64,000 nt of DNA from Callorhinchus milii (Eukaryota), in contig NW_024704743.1 in NCBI RefSeq assembly GCF_018977255.1, forward strand, positions 31,002,001 through 31,066,000, read 5' to 3'. The translations under genes were made by a program, and so were the position numbers. This document shows, in pieces, positions 50,098-62,071 of the stretch. The notes beneath the pieces were generated by a model, which did no database searches, had not been told where the DNA came from, and saw nothing but the letters and a program-made list of their open reading frames with translations. Positions within the stretch are counted from its first letter, which is position 1, and each line of letters starts with the position of its first letter.

Positions 50098-52479
50098 CTC
50101 AGATGTGCAACCTGATTGCATGCCAGGTGAACCTTTAATGAAATGCTCCACTTCTGAAGCGATTAAATCAATACTCTGCAGCTTTTGATTTAAAATCGCC
50201 TTTGCAACAGCTATTCCAACATTGGACTTCCTTTAGAGGATATGAATCCAAATCTTCTTCTTGAAATGCCATTCAAACTTCATGCCTCTCTCTCAATTGA
50301 TTTGTTTTTCTTAGCTTTTGGCTGGCCTGCCATAGGAAGCACTTTGTGGCAGGGAGCCCTGCTCTCAGAGGGCGAAGAAAGGCGAGTGGCGTCGTCCCAT
50401 TAAACACAATCACAGTTTCAGGCAATTGTGTGGAAGGATTGGCAACAGCTGTGGACAGGCATGTGGCTGAGACTGTCCCACTCCTTTGACTTCGGAGGAA
50501 GAATAGTACTGGATGACAGTAAGAGGAAATAATTGCTAGGGTGATGGGGAGGATAGAATTTGGAGGGAAATATATATAATAAAGAGGTTTCTTTTAGAAA
50601 CTTTTCCACAATTACAGGCTGACTGAATCTGTATTAAACAATTCTGGCACTAATTATTCTACAATAATTGAAAAATAAAATTCTGATTCCATCCGAAGAG
50701 TGCAATAAAACACCCGACTAACCTTTCTCATTGCATGAAATAAACGATCCCCGCACTGTCATTACAGATCAAGTGAGATGGGTAGGTTCTATTAAATGGC
50801 ATTAAATGTGGGCCTTTTAGAAAGGTCCAGCTGTTGCTGTGTGGGTCTATGGGAGAAATGACAGCAAAATGAGCACATACTCTTATTTTTAAACAGTTGC
50901 ATTAACAGTGAATTTTCAATTGTCTTCTGACAATATTTTAAAAGCCACAGCATACTATGTATGTGAAAGGCAAACCTGATATTTTACTGATTAAAATGGC
51001 AATTATTTCTCTATTGCGGGTGCTTGCATGCAATTAGAAAGGAAATATGCTGTCAATTAACTGACAAAAAACACTATCACTTTTAGAAAATAAAATGCGG
51101 AATGAATCTTCCTTCTAAAAAGGCTGCTGGTCATGTTATCAACTGCACTGAAAAAAAAGCAAGCACCAAATTGAAATACAGTCATGTGAGACAGAGGCTG
51201 CACAGCTAAAATAAAGGTAGAAATAGTAAACGTGAAAACGCTAACAAAAGCTTCTCTTTTCTTTTGAGCTTCTATTCTCTGATTAGTTTATGTCTGTGCA
51301 ATTCAATATAGTGAGATAATTTTAAACGGCAGCGTTTCTGAATCGTTATCTTCAAATTACATTCAAAGCAACTGAAGCGGTCTTTTCGGTCTGAATATTA
51401 ATTTTCAAGCATGCATATTACGATATAATAGAAGTGTAAATAGCTCTGGAATAAATCCAAGCAATTAGATTGGGCTCAGGTTGTGCACAGACAAGTTTAC
51501 ACTGTGCGACCGGCAGCTCTAAACCTGGTTTCAATGGTCTGCGGTCTCTTGTTGGAGCACAATCGATAAAGAGACAATAAGGAACACATTAGTGCATACT
51601 CACTCTTCCCCAGCATTCCTCAGCTACACAATCCACCAATTTAATTGCAACATGATAATTCAATCACAGGGTTTGAAAAGGCAACTTACCAACTAGTTGA
51701 GTGTAAATTTAAGACTTGATTGAGGGGTTTCTGAAGAAGATAGTAAAATACATGGCAGGGGTTCAAATCAATCATCCCTCCCTAGCCATAGACAGTTCTC
51801 ATCTACTGTAATCCACAAAAGCTACTGGCTCATTGAGGAGCAGGAACTATTATTGATTAGCATCATAATTCCATGAATTTAACCTGCTGCCCTCCTGTCT
51901 CCATTTCAGTAAAAATTTCCAGATAATTGGCCATCTCTTGGCCTCATTCCTGATAACCCTGCAGCCTTGTGTGCTGCATGGATGGCACTATCCATGCACC
52001 CAACTCCCCCCACAAGGAGGTTGTCTCAAAGCACTTGTTAGGATATACCATAAAATGTAGTGATTGCGTATGTTGTCTCCTTCAGAAAACACAACTCAAG
52101 GTACCTGCATGCCCAAAGAATCCCACCAGAACAAACTGCATAAGTGGAAATCACAACGACAGGTGGGAAAGATGAGAGTCAGAGACCACAGAAACAGATT
52201 CTATCAAATTCTTGAAATAAAATCTTTCATAATCCATTTTTGACCAGTTTGCATCCAAATTTCATGCACAACTTTAATCTTGGGTTATATTTATGAAATT
52301 AGAGAAAATAATAAATTCAAATTGGCATGGGACTGACTGACTGAAGGAAGAGGTTTCACAGATCAGATTGGTGTTTCATCCACCGAGGACTATTGTCCAT
52401 GGTTAACAAAAAAAAAGCACTTATGGGAAGAAGCCAGTCAGAAATCTAGTCTGCCATTTTATTAGATCGTGGTAGATCT

Positions 52480-52740
52480 TTTCATAGAAACAAAGAATTT
52501 TACAACACAACTGGACATAGCCCACCGTGCCAAAAAAGCCATGTGTTTAGTCCCACTTCTTCATACTACTCCATATCTTTCCCTTCAAATACTTGTCCAC
52601 CTTCCCTCTCAAAAATATCATGGACTCCACTTCACTCATCATTTTTGACAGAGTACTTCACAATCCCGCAACCCCTGCTCAAATCAACCTCTCCCAACCT
52701 TTTTTGTCCATTAATGATCCTTTAATTCATTTCCTTGCCT
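52480..52740 (-). mobile_element. Degenerate CR1 3' end
   Basis: catagaaacaaagaattttacaacaca...tacttgtccaccttccctctcaaaa...cttcacaatcccgcaacccctgc has the layout of a reverse CR1 tail. Confidence 0.55.
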
Positions 52741-52797
52741 TTTCTCTGTATAGCTAAATGAAATAGAAAATCTTGATCATCCAGTTACAGTGGTATG

Positions 52798-53160
52798 TGT
52801 CACCCTGGCTCAGTTGGTAGCACTTTCGCCTCTGAGTCAGAAGACCGGGTTCAAGCCCCAAGTCGAGATTTTGAATTTCAGTCTGGCTGACCCTAGTGTA
52901 AAGCTGGGCAAGTGCTGCATTGTTAGAGCTGATGAGATGTTAAACCAAGGTCCCGTCTACCTGTTCAGGTGGAAATTAAAGATCCCATAATACCATTCAA
53001 AAAGAGAAGAGTTTCTCATGGTATCCTGACCAACAATTTTCTCGATAGAATTGGTGATTCATTTAATAGGTGTTTGATGAACACATTGGCTACTCTATTC
53101 GTTCAGAAAATACATGCAATCACTACATTTTACAGTATATCCTAATAAGTGCATTGAGAC
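52798..53160 (+). mobile_element. Deu-domain SINE, 3' tip truncated
   Basis: tggctcagttggtagcac, gggttcaagcccc, gatgagatgttaaaccaaggtcccgtctacctgttcaggtgga. Confidence 0.88.
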
Positions 53161-53162
53161 AA

Positions 53163-53720
53163 CCTCCTTGGAAGGGGAGGTAAGTGGAGTCTCCTTGGAA
53201 TTGACTGGCTTTAAGGTGACATGTTAGGCAATGGACTGTCATAATTGAGCCAGCCCTCTGGCGATCTCAGTAGTCCAGTTCCTGAGCTGGATTCCAGGGC
53301 ACTGCTGATGACAGAACAGCCAACCTGGCTCATCGGCAGGACCTGGAAGGGCAGAATAGTCACTGGAAGCAGGGAATCAACCCACTCAGCTCCTATTAAT
53401 CCTGCAAGCCTTAATGGATAGGGTTGTCCTAGCTGGACAAGCAGTGGGAAAGCTTACCAGACAGCAATATCAATGGCAAGTTATGCGGTTTTAGCTGGTT
53501 AGACTCCAGCAGTACCCAACGCACACTCTCGAGTCCCCAAGCCTTGGGTCTTGCCAACCTGCGCCTAATACTTTCTGAAATTAAGTAACCAGGATGCATC
53601 CCTCCAGGGGAGAGAGTGCGCATTCTATTCCAACAATCTATCGCTGGAATTTCCATGTATAGGTGGGATGTAACACCAGAAAAGCATCACCATGATTAAG
53701 GGTATCCAATCCAAATGTTT
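53163..53720 (+). repeat. Family Y (LF-SINE-related) near full-length copy
   Basis: Colinear with three other copies in the window. Confidence 0.8.
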
Positions 53721-54402
53721 GATTGACTGACCAAAAAAACCTACCTCCAGGTGTGTAAGCTGCAATGTAAGGATTCTTATAATTATAAATTTAGGTTACA
53801 TAGAAACACTAAACTTGAAAAAAGATTTACACCCGTTTAAATCAGCCTTGTCCGTTGCTAAACCTACGCGTAACTCTTCAATATCAATAATTCACATTTA
53901 GATCAGTTATAATGTCAGTGGACATCTGGCCAACTGGTTTAGCATCTTCAGTCACTCTCTGAAAACATCTGCCTTAATGTATCTGGGCAAACCAAAAAAA
54001 ATTCAGAGTAAATAAGCGAAGTCACACATGAATGATGCAGTATATTTACTCTTGAAATTAGATTCTTCATTGACCACAAATTAATAATCAGGAGCCTGCA
54101 TTTCCAAGGGAGAAATATTCAAGGCACCTGACACTACAAGTGAACAACAGCTCTGAGCATTAACACCCCCCACATCCTGACTCTTACATAATCCCTCTCT
54201 AGCCTGTTATTTCCTTCTGGCAGGGACCATTTGGAGCAAAATTGCTTATAGAAACACTCAGAACCAATAGTAGCAGAAAAAGGCTGTTTGTGATATGTTA
54301 GATTGGACTGAAAATAACTCTTAAAAGCATTTCAGATGTTTTTTTAAAGAGATGGGGATTCAAAAATAGGACAGAGTGGGGTAAAAAGAGAACAGGAAGA
54401 AA

Positions 54403-54720
54403 ATAATAATAATCCTTTCATTTGATAAAAAAAAAGCACCTTCAATCACATTAAAACATCTCAAAGCACTTCACTAACTCTTCTGTAAAGTGTAGGGACT
54501 ATGTATTTGTAGGCGAATGTGGCAGTCGATTTGCAATCAACAGCAATGTCCCACAAACAGCCTTGAAGTGAATGACCAATTTTTTNATCTGAGTGATTCA
54601 TGGTCAGGACACCGGGAGAAGCTCCTTCCTCTTTGCTAATAGTGTTATGGGATCTATAAAGTCAGTACAAACAGGCAGACCTTGGGTACATGTTTCATCT
54701 GAAGGGTGGCACCCCCAAGC
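54403..54720 (-). mobile_element. Deu-domain SINE
   Basis: caggacaccgggagaagctcc...atagtgttatgggatct...aacaggcagac is the reverse of the Deu core. Confidence 0.8.
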
Positions 54721-54999
54721 ATAGTATCTTACTTTCTCAATTTAAAATAGAGTTCAGCACACTTATATCAGTAGGCTTTAGGTCACTCGTGTAAAAGCTT
54801 GCTTTGAGGTCACTGATTTCAACCAAGGCAAAAATGAGCAACTACAACCTCTAGGCTATGGAATTCACACCTCTAGGCTATGGAATGGAAAAACATTCCA
54901 CTCTTGATAGGTATCCAGTGACCTCTCTTCTCCCCCCACACACATACACCGCCTCCCCCCACGAAAAAATAAGTGAACATTGTTGGAACTTTGAGCTTC

Positions 55000-55325
55000 A
55001 TTTCGCCCACAAAATATACAGTCAATTCACTTTACACTATATTCTGTGAAGCACTCTGAGATGCTTCGAAGATGTGATAAGGCGCTATATCAAATGCAAG
55101 GATTAGTATTATTATTGTCTCGGCTGATCCTTCATTGCAGAGCTCCAGATAAAAAATAGGCCATTCACGTCATGGCTGTTTGTGACACATCACTGTGCAC
55201 AAAATTAGCTGCTGTGCTTAGTTAGTACATAGTCAGCTCACTTCACAGAAAAACTCTGTGAAGCACTTTGCAACTTTAACATGATGAGGCATTTCATCAA
55301 ATGTAAGGATTATTATTATATTATT
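55000..55325 (+). mobile_element. Two tandem SINE tails (55000-55115 and 55160-55325)
   Basis: tttcgcccacaaaatatacagtcaattc...aaatgcaaggatt. Confidence 0.8.
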
Positions 55326-55732
55326 CAGCGATTTTTTTTACAGGTGCAGCATGGAGTTAGAGATGGGAAGGGAGAGGGAGCAAGGACCTGCCTGCATAGT
55401 GTGGTACTATAGAGACAGTACACCTGTGCTTGACAATGTTTTTGGTTAGTACTGTAACTTATATTTTACGTGATTACCTATTATTTGCCCAGTTTCTATA
55501 TCCACTATATTAATGTGGATAACCAGCTCTCTACTGTAAATCAATATATTTCTTAAACTTTTATTCACAGAGGATATTTAAATATCTTGTTTATCAGCAC
55601 TTTATTCTACACAGGTATGAAATTAATGATTTCTAAAATAATATTTTTTGAATGTTATGTTTGCTGCAATACAAACACATTTATCGATATAGCTATGTTG
55701 AAGCTGCTTTGGGCTTTTTCTTTTATTGCAAT

Positions 55733-58100
55733 CAACAACAACAAGATTGCATTTATAGAGCGCCTTTCACGTCGGGAGGACGTCCCAAGGCGCTGGACAG
55801 TTGGGTCGGGACCCGAGCAGGGGGGAAATGGTCAGGGTGAGGGGAGGGAAGGGAGGGAGCGAGGAGGGGGTAGAGAGTCGAGAGGGGAGCTGAAGGCACG
55901 GTCGAAGAGAAAGGTCTTGAGACCGGCCTTGAAGGAGGAAAGGGAGGAGGCGGCGAAGGCACTGGGGATGGAGTTCCAGAGCCTCGGGGCTGAGAAGCTG
56001 AAGGCCCGGCCACCGATGGTAGGGCGGTTGGGGCGGGGGATGTGGAGCAGACCGGAGCCAGAGGAACGGAGGGTACGGGCAGGTAAGTAGGAGGATAGTA
56101 GGTCGGAGAGGTAGGAGGGAGCAAGGCCGTGAATGGCCTTGTAGGTGAGGATGAGGATCTTGAATTCAATCCTCTGGGGGATGGGGAGCCAGTGGAGGCG
56201 AGCGAGGGTGGGAGTGATGTGGTCGCGAAGCCTGGTGCGGGACAGGACACGAGCTGCAGAGTTCTGAATGACCTGCAGCTTGTGGAGGGAGGTGCCGGGA
56301 AGGCCGGCGAGGAGAGAGTCCCATAGTCCAGCCTTGAGGTGATAAAGGCGTGGACCAGAGTTTCAGCAGCGTGAGGGGTGAGGTAGTGCCGTAGTCTGGC
56401 GATGTTCCGGAGGTGATGGGTTCAAAGGTGTGTAGGGGAGGATGGGTAGGAGTCAGAGTATGGGAGGGAAGCGGTGGGGGGGTGGGTGGAAGTTGGAGAG
56501 GCAGTGACCGCGGAGCAGATTCCTTTGATTTTGGATTCAAGGAAATCCAGCATCTCCTCACAGTGAAGGTTGGAGGAGATGACCTGCGCGGGGTGGCGTG
56601 GGGGACAGAGGAGTTGGGATGTGGTAGAGAACAGTAGCCTGGGGTTGTTCTTTGCCTCCAGGATTATCCTGGAGTAGAAGGACGACTTGGCCGAGGCTAG
56701 AGTGGAGCGGTAGATTTTGAGGAGGTCCAGCCAGATTTGTCAGTGGACCGTTAGGCCAGATTTGAGGCAGGTGCGTTCAGCGGCCCGCACCTGGCTCTTC
56801 AGTGAGTGGAGGTGGGTGGTGAACCAGGGGGAGGAGCGAGAGTAGGAGACAGTACGGGAGTTGATGGGGGCAAGAGCGTCGAGTGTGGAGGAGAGGGTGT
56901 TATGGAGGAGGGTGAGAGCAGAAGAGGGGTCAGTGAGGGTTGAAGGCCAGAGGGAGAGGAGTTCAGGACTCCAAGGCAGCGGTTAGGGATTGTGGGGGTA
57001 ACTTCTTCCAGGGGCGGTAGAAGATGGTGGTGGGTCTGGTGGAGGTGGGGAGGGGGTGGAGGTGGTGAAGGAGATGAAGTGGTGATCGGAGACGGCCTTG
57101 TCGGTAATGGTGACATCCGAGACACTGAGGCCCCGGGTGATCACCAAATCGAGTGGGTGGCCGTGACTGTGAGTGGCGGAGTTGATGTGGAGGGAGAGGT
57201 TGAGTGAGGAGAGCAGGGAGGAGAAGTCCGATGAGATGGAGCAGGAGGGGGTGAAGTGCAGATTGAAGTTGCCCAGGATGATGAGGCGATCAGAGCAGAG
57301 GCAGAGAGATGTTAGTAAGGTAGGAATATCGGAGATGAAGGTGGGAGAGGTTTTAGGGGGCCGGTAGAGGAGGAGGATTTTGAGTGAGAGATAGGAGGAG
57401 TGGGAGAGGGTGAGGTGCTCAAAAGAGGGGAAAGAGCCAGGGGAGTAGGGGAATAGGGCAAGTGGTGTCCTTGAGATAAGGGATTCACCACCGCCACGGC
57501 GATTGGGGCGAGGGATGTGGTGGGAGGTGTAGCCGGGTGGTGTGGCCTCCATGAGGGGGAAGGTGTCGCTTGGGGTGAGCCAGGTTTCAGTTAAGGCCAT
57601 GATGTCAATGCTCTCATCAAGGATGAGATTGTTGATGACCAGGACCTTGTTACAGAGAGAGCGGACATTTTGTAGTCCGATGTGGAGGGAGCAGTTGACA
57701 GAAGGGTGTGTGGGGAGGGAGGGGGGTCCAGGTTGTGAGGCAGGTGTAGGGGGAATGGGGATGAGGGAGGAGAGGTTGGCTCCCTGGGTCTGTGTCCGGG
57801 GTGGCTGACGAGTGTGGTGGGGAATGGGGCAGTCGGTGTGGCTGCTGGTGGACAGCCAACGCCGAGTGCCGCGGTGAGCCCGGCGGAGGATTCCCAGGCT
57901 GGAACAGAGGGAGGTTGTGGGAAGGTCAAGAGGGGATAGAAGGCGAGGGGGACGGAGAGAGAGGAGGACAGAGCGGGAGAGATGCAGAGTGCGGAGGGTT
58001 TGGGGGGGAGAGAGGAGGGGGAAGTGAGGGAGGGAGGGAGTGAGGGGCTTGGGTTAGATGGCAGCCATAATGCGCACGCGGGGACCGGGAGCGAGCGGTC
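55733..58100 (-). mobile_element. Young L2 LINE with 5' end, ORF N-terminus and APE endonuclease, internal deletion of the RT core, and intact 3' tail
   Basis: One frame from 58068 to 56983: MAAI*, then LSRSVLLSLR, LGILRRAHRG, GANLSSLIPI, LQNVRSL, ALTETWL, RRGGG, LYRPP, ILGNFN, HGHPLDLVI, SDHHFI. At about 56415 the post-endonuclease region joins HLRNIARLR directly. Ends in (TTG)n. Confidence 0.96.
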
Positions 58101-59214
58101 AGGTGAATGGCATTAGCCCAAAGGCTGGAATCAATTCATGTTAAGCAATAACCTGCATACCACAAAATTGTATTCACTTCTTAGGACCAAATCCTAGACT
58201 CTCTTAAGTTATTGCTTTTAAATAGGAGTCTTAAGCATATAATCTTCTCTTAAACAGCCAAATAGTCATTTGTGGGCACCCTACAATTTAGTGAATAAAG
58301 CTGCAGAGCAGTTTAACAATAAGCTTTATACACGAGGAGGAAGCTGGTTCTATTCCTGTCACTGGGACATGTTCTGCATCCGCATGCAGAAAGCTGTTGG
58401 CTTTACAATCCACAACTGCATTTACCAGCATGTGCAGGTTAGGTTGCGCATTTGTCAAGACATGAAGCCAAGCCCTACGAGAACTATTCTTGCAATAACA
58501 AGATTTTTATGCTTTGACCGTACAAAATATTGGGAGTCCATTACCTTATAAATAAGTCAATGCTATGATAAAGGGCATTTCAAAAGGATGCCCCTTATTT
58601 ACATTTATTTGGGTGCCCTTCAATTGATATCCAGTGCACCAGAAGAAAAACTGGCTCGAAAGAAGTACAGTGCCTAACAATGTAACCAAGCAGAAAGAGC
58701 ATACACAATGAAACATATATCTCCCAAGGGCCAGAGTAATTGGCTCCCTTTGCTGATAGTTCAAGTTGCACTCACTAACTTTTCAAAATCATATTAAAAA
58801 AACAACAGAAGTAAAGGATATTATTGTTAACCCTAAATATGCAAAACTAAATACTGGTGCGAGGAAACTCTTCAGTTTGCAAAACCTGGGTATATTATTT
58901 GTATTATTTGCCTGCTCTGGGATTTGAAGAATTGAGAAAAGATTGAATTAACACACACCTGTAGCCTTAGAAATGGTATGTAGTGGATGGAATCACAGGT
59001 GCGCTAGGAAAAGCCTAAAAACAAGCTTGGAGTGAGTGAGTGATTCACCAACGGGTATTGTCCTCCAAGTGTTTAAATTGTTAAAAAAATACAATGCAAT
59101 TTTTAACTTTGCAGCAACCTTTCACAATGTGCGAACGTCTCAAGTTCTTTACGCAACTGACTGGGCACTTAAGCCAGGGAGAGGAGGATGGGGGAGAACT
59201 GAAAAGGGTGGGGG

Positions 59215-59350
59215 TGGTAATGTGAAGCAGGCTGGCATTCACTCAGTGGAAGGAGCAGCCAGGTCTATAGGATTGCAGGAGGTCACACAGGTAGGGTGGA
59301 CTGAGGCTGTGGAGAGATTTGAATGCGAAGATGAGGATCTTGACTCGATC
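59215..59350 (-). mobile_element. Old L2 fragment
   Basis: atgtgaagcaggctgg...gatgaggatcttga matches 44296-44420. Confidence 0.7.
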
Positions 59351-61140
59351 TGTTGGGATTCTTCTGTATTTTACCATGCAAAACAGCAAAGTCCCATGGC
59401 ACAGCCCAATCTCCTGTGATGTACCACAACCCCCTCCACTAACCCACTATATCAATACAAGCAATTGCTTTCAAATTAAAGGTTTCCATAGATTCCTGCT
59501 TGTAATCCAGTCTCAGAGTTTAAGCGATCAACAAACTGTTTGGCTGGATTAGTGAATTGCAGTCCACTGCCATGATACATCAGGCAATCCTGTTTATGTG
59601 GAAGAGGACAAAGTGGATATTATATTGGAACAACTTCAAGATAAATTTAAAAAGTATAGAACACTAGATCAAGCAAAAGTCCATTAAAATGGATGTACAG
59701 ACCATAAGGAATTATGTACAGGACAGATTAAGTTACCTTGAGTGGTGGTTTGCATTATACAATCATGTTTACCCACGTTAACCATTGTGCTGCTATTTTC
59801 TTTTTCAATGGTACAACACCTCACATCTCTTTGTATTTCATGTACATGTCCTTTATCACGGCCAGTATAAACATTTACGTTGGCAAACACCTGGATGCAA
59901 TACGTTTGTGAACTGCATCATATCCCCCTCAGATCTGAACATTTATTTTGTGTTATTAAAATGTAATTTTATCTGAAAATAAATCTGTTATAGATCACCT
60001 CCTGTAGAGGATGAATGGATTAAGTTACTGGAGAACATCTGGAATATAAATAGCAAAAAAAAATAAAAAAAATGTGGAAGATAGGCCATTCTCTTCATCT
60101 ACACTGAAGATCACTGAATACATTTCCCTACACACCATTCTTTCATTCTCACACTCCCTTTATATCTGCAATACATTTTCTGGTTAGACTTTATCCACAG
60201 AGGAATAAATGTTTTCTTCGTAGAAAACATACATGAATGCTGAAAACAGTAATCGAAATAAAGAAAGAAAAGGATGAATAGGCAAAGAATGGCTTGACAA
60301 GTTTGAACAGCGAGGGGTCACGTAAAGGGCTTGCCTGTGCTAATTCCTCAGCCTGTGAAGAGATTCTGTTGCACAGAGCTGCAGTGTACACATGCACACG
60401 TCAATGAGCTGATTCAGCATTTGCAAGTCAGCAGTGGAATTTATGAAATCTCAATGCTGTGTGTTACCTGTTAAAAAGCAAGTGTTAAAACAACAGAATT
60501 TTCATGATCCCGGTCTTACAGTGGGATATTAGCTGGCACAGAATGGCACTAATAAAACCCTTTTGGATAGAATTGTACAACAATCTTTCACCGCATTAGA
60601 AAGAAAAAACTTGCATTTTTATAGTATCGTGTCATGTCAAAACATCTCAAGGTGCTTCACAATAATAACTTTCAAGTGCCAAGCTGTTATTGTAGACACA
60701 TGAAACCTCTGTACCAAAAGCACTTTGATATGTTTTTGTTTTGAATTCCAGCAACATCATTTATAGCTTGAGTTATTATAATAATGCACAGAACACCCTC
60801 ACTATAACCACTTTTGTAGGACTTCCAAAGAAAGCTTTGCACGGAGGGATTAGTGCATAGTGTACAAATTATTAAAGTACTTTGGCAAGCTAAATAAGGC
60901 AAAGTTTCTGTTCATTGGGGCAACATTGAAATCAAGGGTTTTAGAGAAATTCATGAAATCTAGTCAATATTAAATATGAATCCTCCTACCATTTTTTGAT
61001 TCTCAATCATTTATATGGCAAATATTGGTTGGGTTTTTAACTTATGTGAACAGTAGTCCTTGGTATTATGAACAACAGAGCCCTGTTATAGGTAGTAGAT
61101 CAGGTTGTTTGAAAAAAAAGAAAATGAGCTAAAATTGTGA

Positions 61141-61454
61141 ATAATAATAATAATCCTTGCATTTGATATAGCTCCTTTCATGTCTTCTAGACGTCTCAAA
61201 GCGCTTCACAGAATAGAGTGTAAAGTGAATTGACTGTATATTTGTGGGCGAAATGTGGCAGGCAATTGCGCACAGTAGTGTCCCACAAACAGTTGTGGAT
61301 TGAAATGACCAATTTATTACTGTTTTTTTTTCTTGAGGGATTATTATCAGTGGTGTGGAGTACTGAACTTGCCCAAGGTTTCACCCTGCCGGGAATCGAA
61401 CCCAGTCTCTCGCTTGCAAAGCGAGTGCTCTAACCACTGGGCTGCAGGACTCCA
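61141..61454 (-). mobile_element. Full-length tRNA-Ala(TGC)-like SINE, short-middle subfamily
   Basis: Minus strand: ggagtcctgcagcccagtggttagagcactcgctttgcaagcgagagactgggttcgattcccggcaggg, then body and (att)n. Confidence 0.94.
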
Positions 61455-61633
61455 CAAAGCATATCATTTCTACACTACTTTTACACCACTACACCAAGGA
61501 ATCAAACTGAGGACGAAGGCTCCATTCGGTTGGGATTTAGCTTACGTTTGACATATCCTATAAAAATAACAACAATACCAGAAGACAAACGTGACATAAT
61601 CATGTGGTTCTGTGTGTGTCAGTTGCCAGTTTT

Positions 61634-61790
61634 ACAACAACAACAACAAATTATATTTGTATAGAGCCTTTCACGTTAGGAGGACGTCCCAAAGTGCTGG
61701 ACAGTCAGCGATCCGCACCTGAGCTGGTGGTTGGATTAGACGGGTAGAGGGTGGGGAGGATAGAGGTAGGACGGTGAGCGAAGGCACATA
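61634..61790 (-). mobile_element. L2 3' tail
   Basis: (aac)n...gcctttcacgttaggaggacgtcccaaagtgctggacag. Confidence 0.85.
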
Positions 61791-61890
61791 CTTGTTGGAA
61801 ATTGTGATCAGTTCAGATTGTTACAGATCTAACCGAGTGAACTTGCAGCATTTGCTAAAATAAGATGAAGAATTTGAATGGAAAACTCAC

Positions 61891-62071
61891 CTCTTGGGCA
61901 GGGACTTGTTCCATTTTGGCGGCTGGGGTTCCCGGACGTGGGTAAAACTGATTGATGAACAAGCTTGGAAATTTGTACTCCTTGACCAGTTTCACGGTTT
62001 CCTGGAAATCCTCTTCTGTCTCTCCTGGAAAACCACATATAATATCTGTGGCAATTGTAATCCCTGGCACC
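61891..62071 (-). CDS. CDKAL1: CDKAL1 coding exon (181 nt; equivalent to human exon 12), C-terminal part of the radical-SAM domain
   Basis: Translates as (x)[60 protein letters not shown], nearly identical to vertebrate CDKAL1 as I recall it. Acceptor ttttaacAG at 62073-62072, donor GTgag from 61890. Confidence 0.98.

Larger units (their letters stand above)
37599..61890 (-). other. CDKAL1: CDKAL1 intron, 24,292 nt, GT-AG
   Basis: Lies between two consecutive in-frame CDKAL1 exons. Confidence 0.93.

Noticed and set aside
54847..54886. Short tandem duplications (also 33117-33144 and about 11712-11735) and (CA)n at about 5765
   Set aside because: Ordinary slippage products with no higher-order structure.
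55587..56637. Many Gly/Arg- or Pro/Ser-rich ORFs
   Set aside because: Alternative-frame and antisense readings of the C-rich L2 sequence.
56983..57600. 205-aa ORF as a host nuclease gene
   Set aside because: It is the APE endonuclease of an L2, frameshifted near 57040 and flanked by L2 sequence.
7979..58100. All three youngest L2 copies are in the CDKAL1 sense orientation
   Set aside because: Only three copies, and older L2 fragments occur in both orientations.
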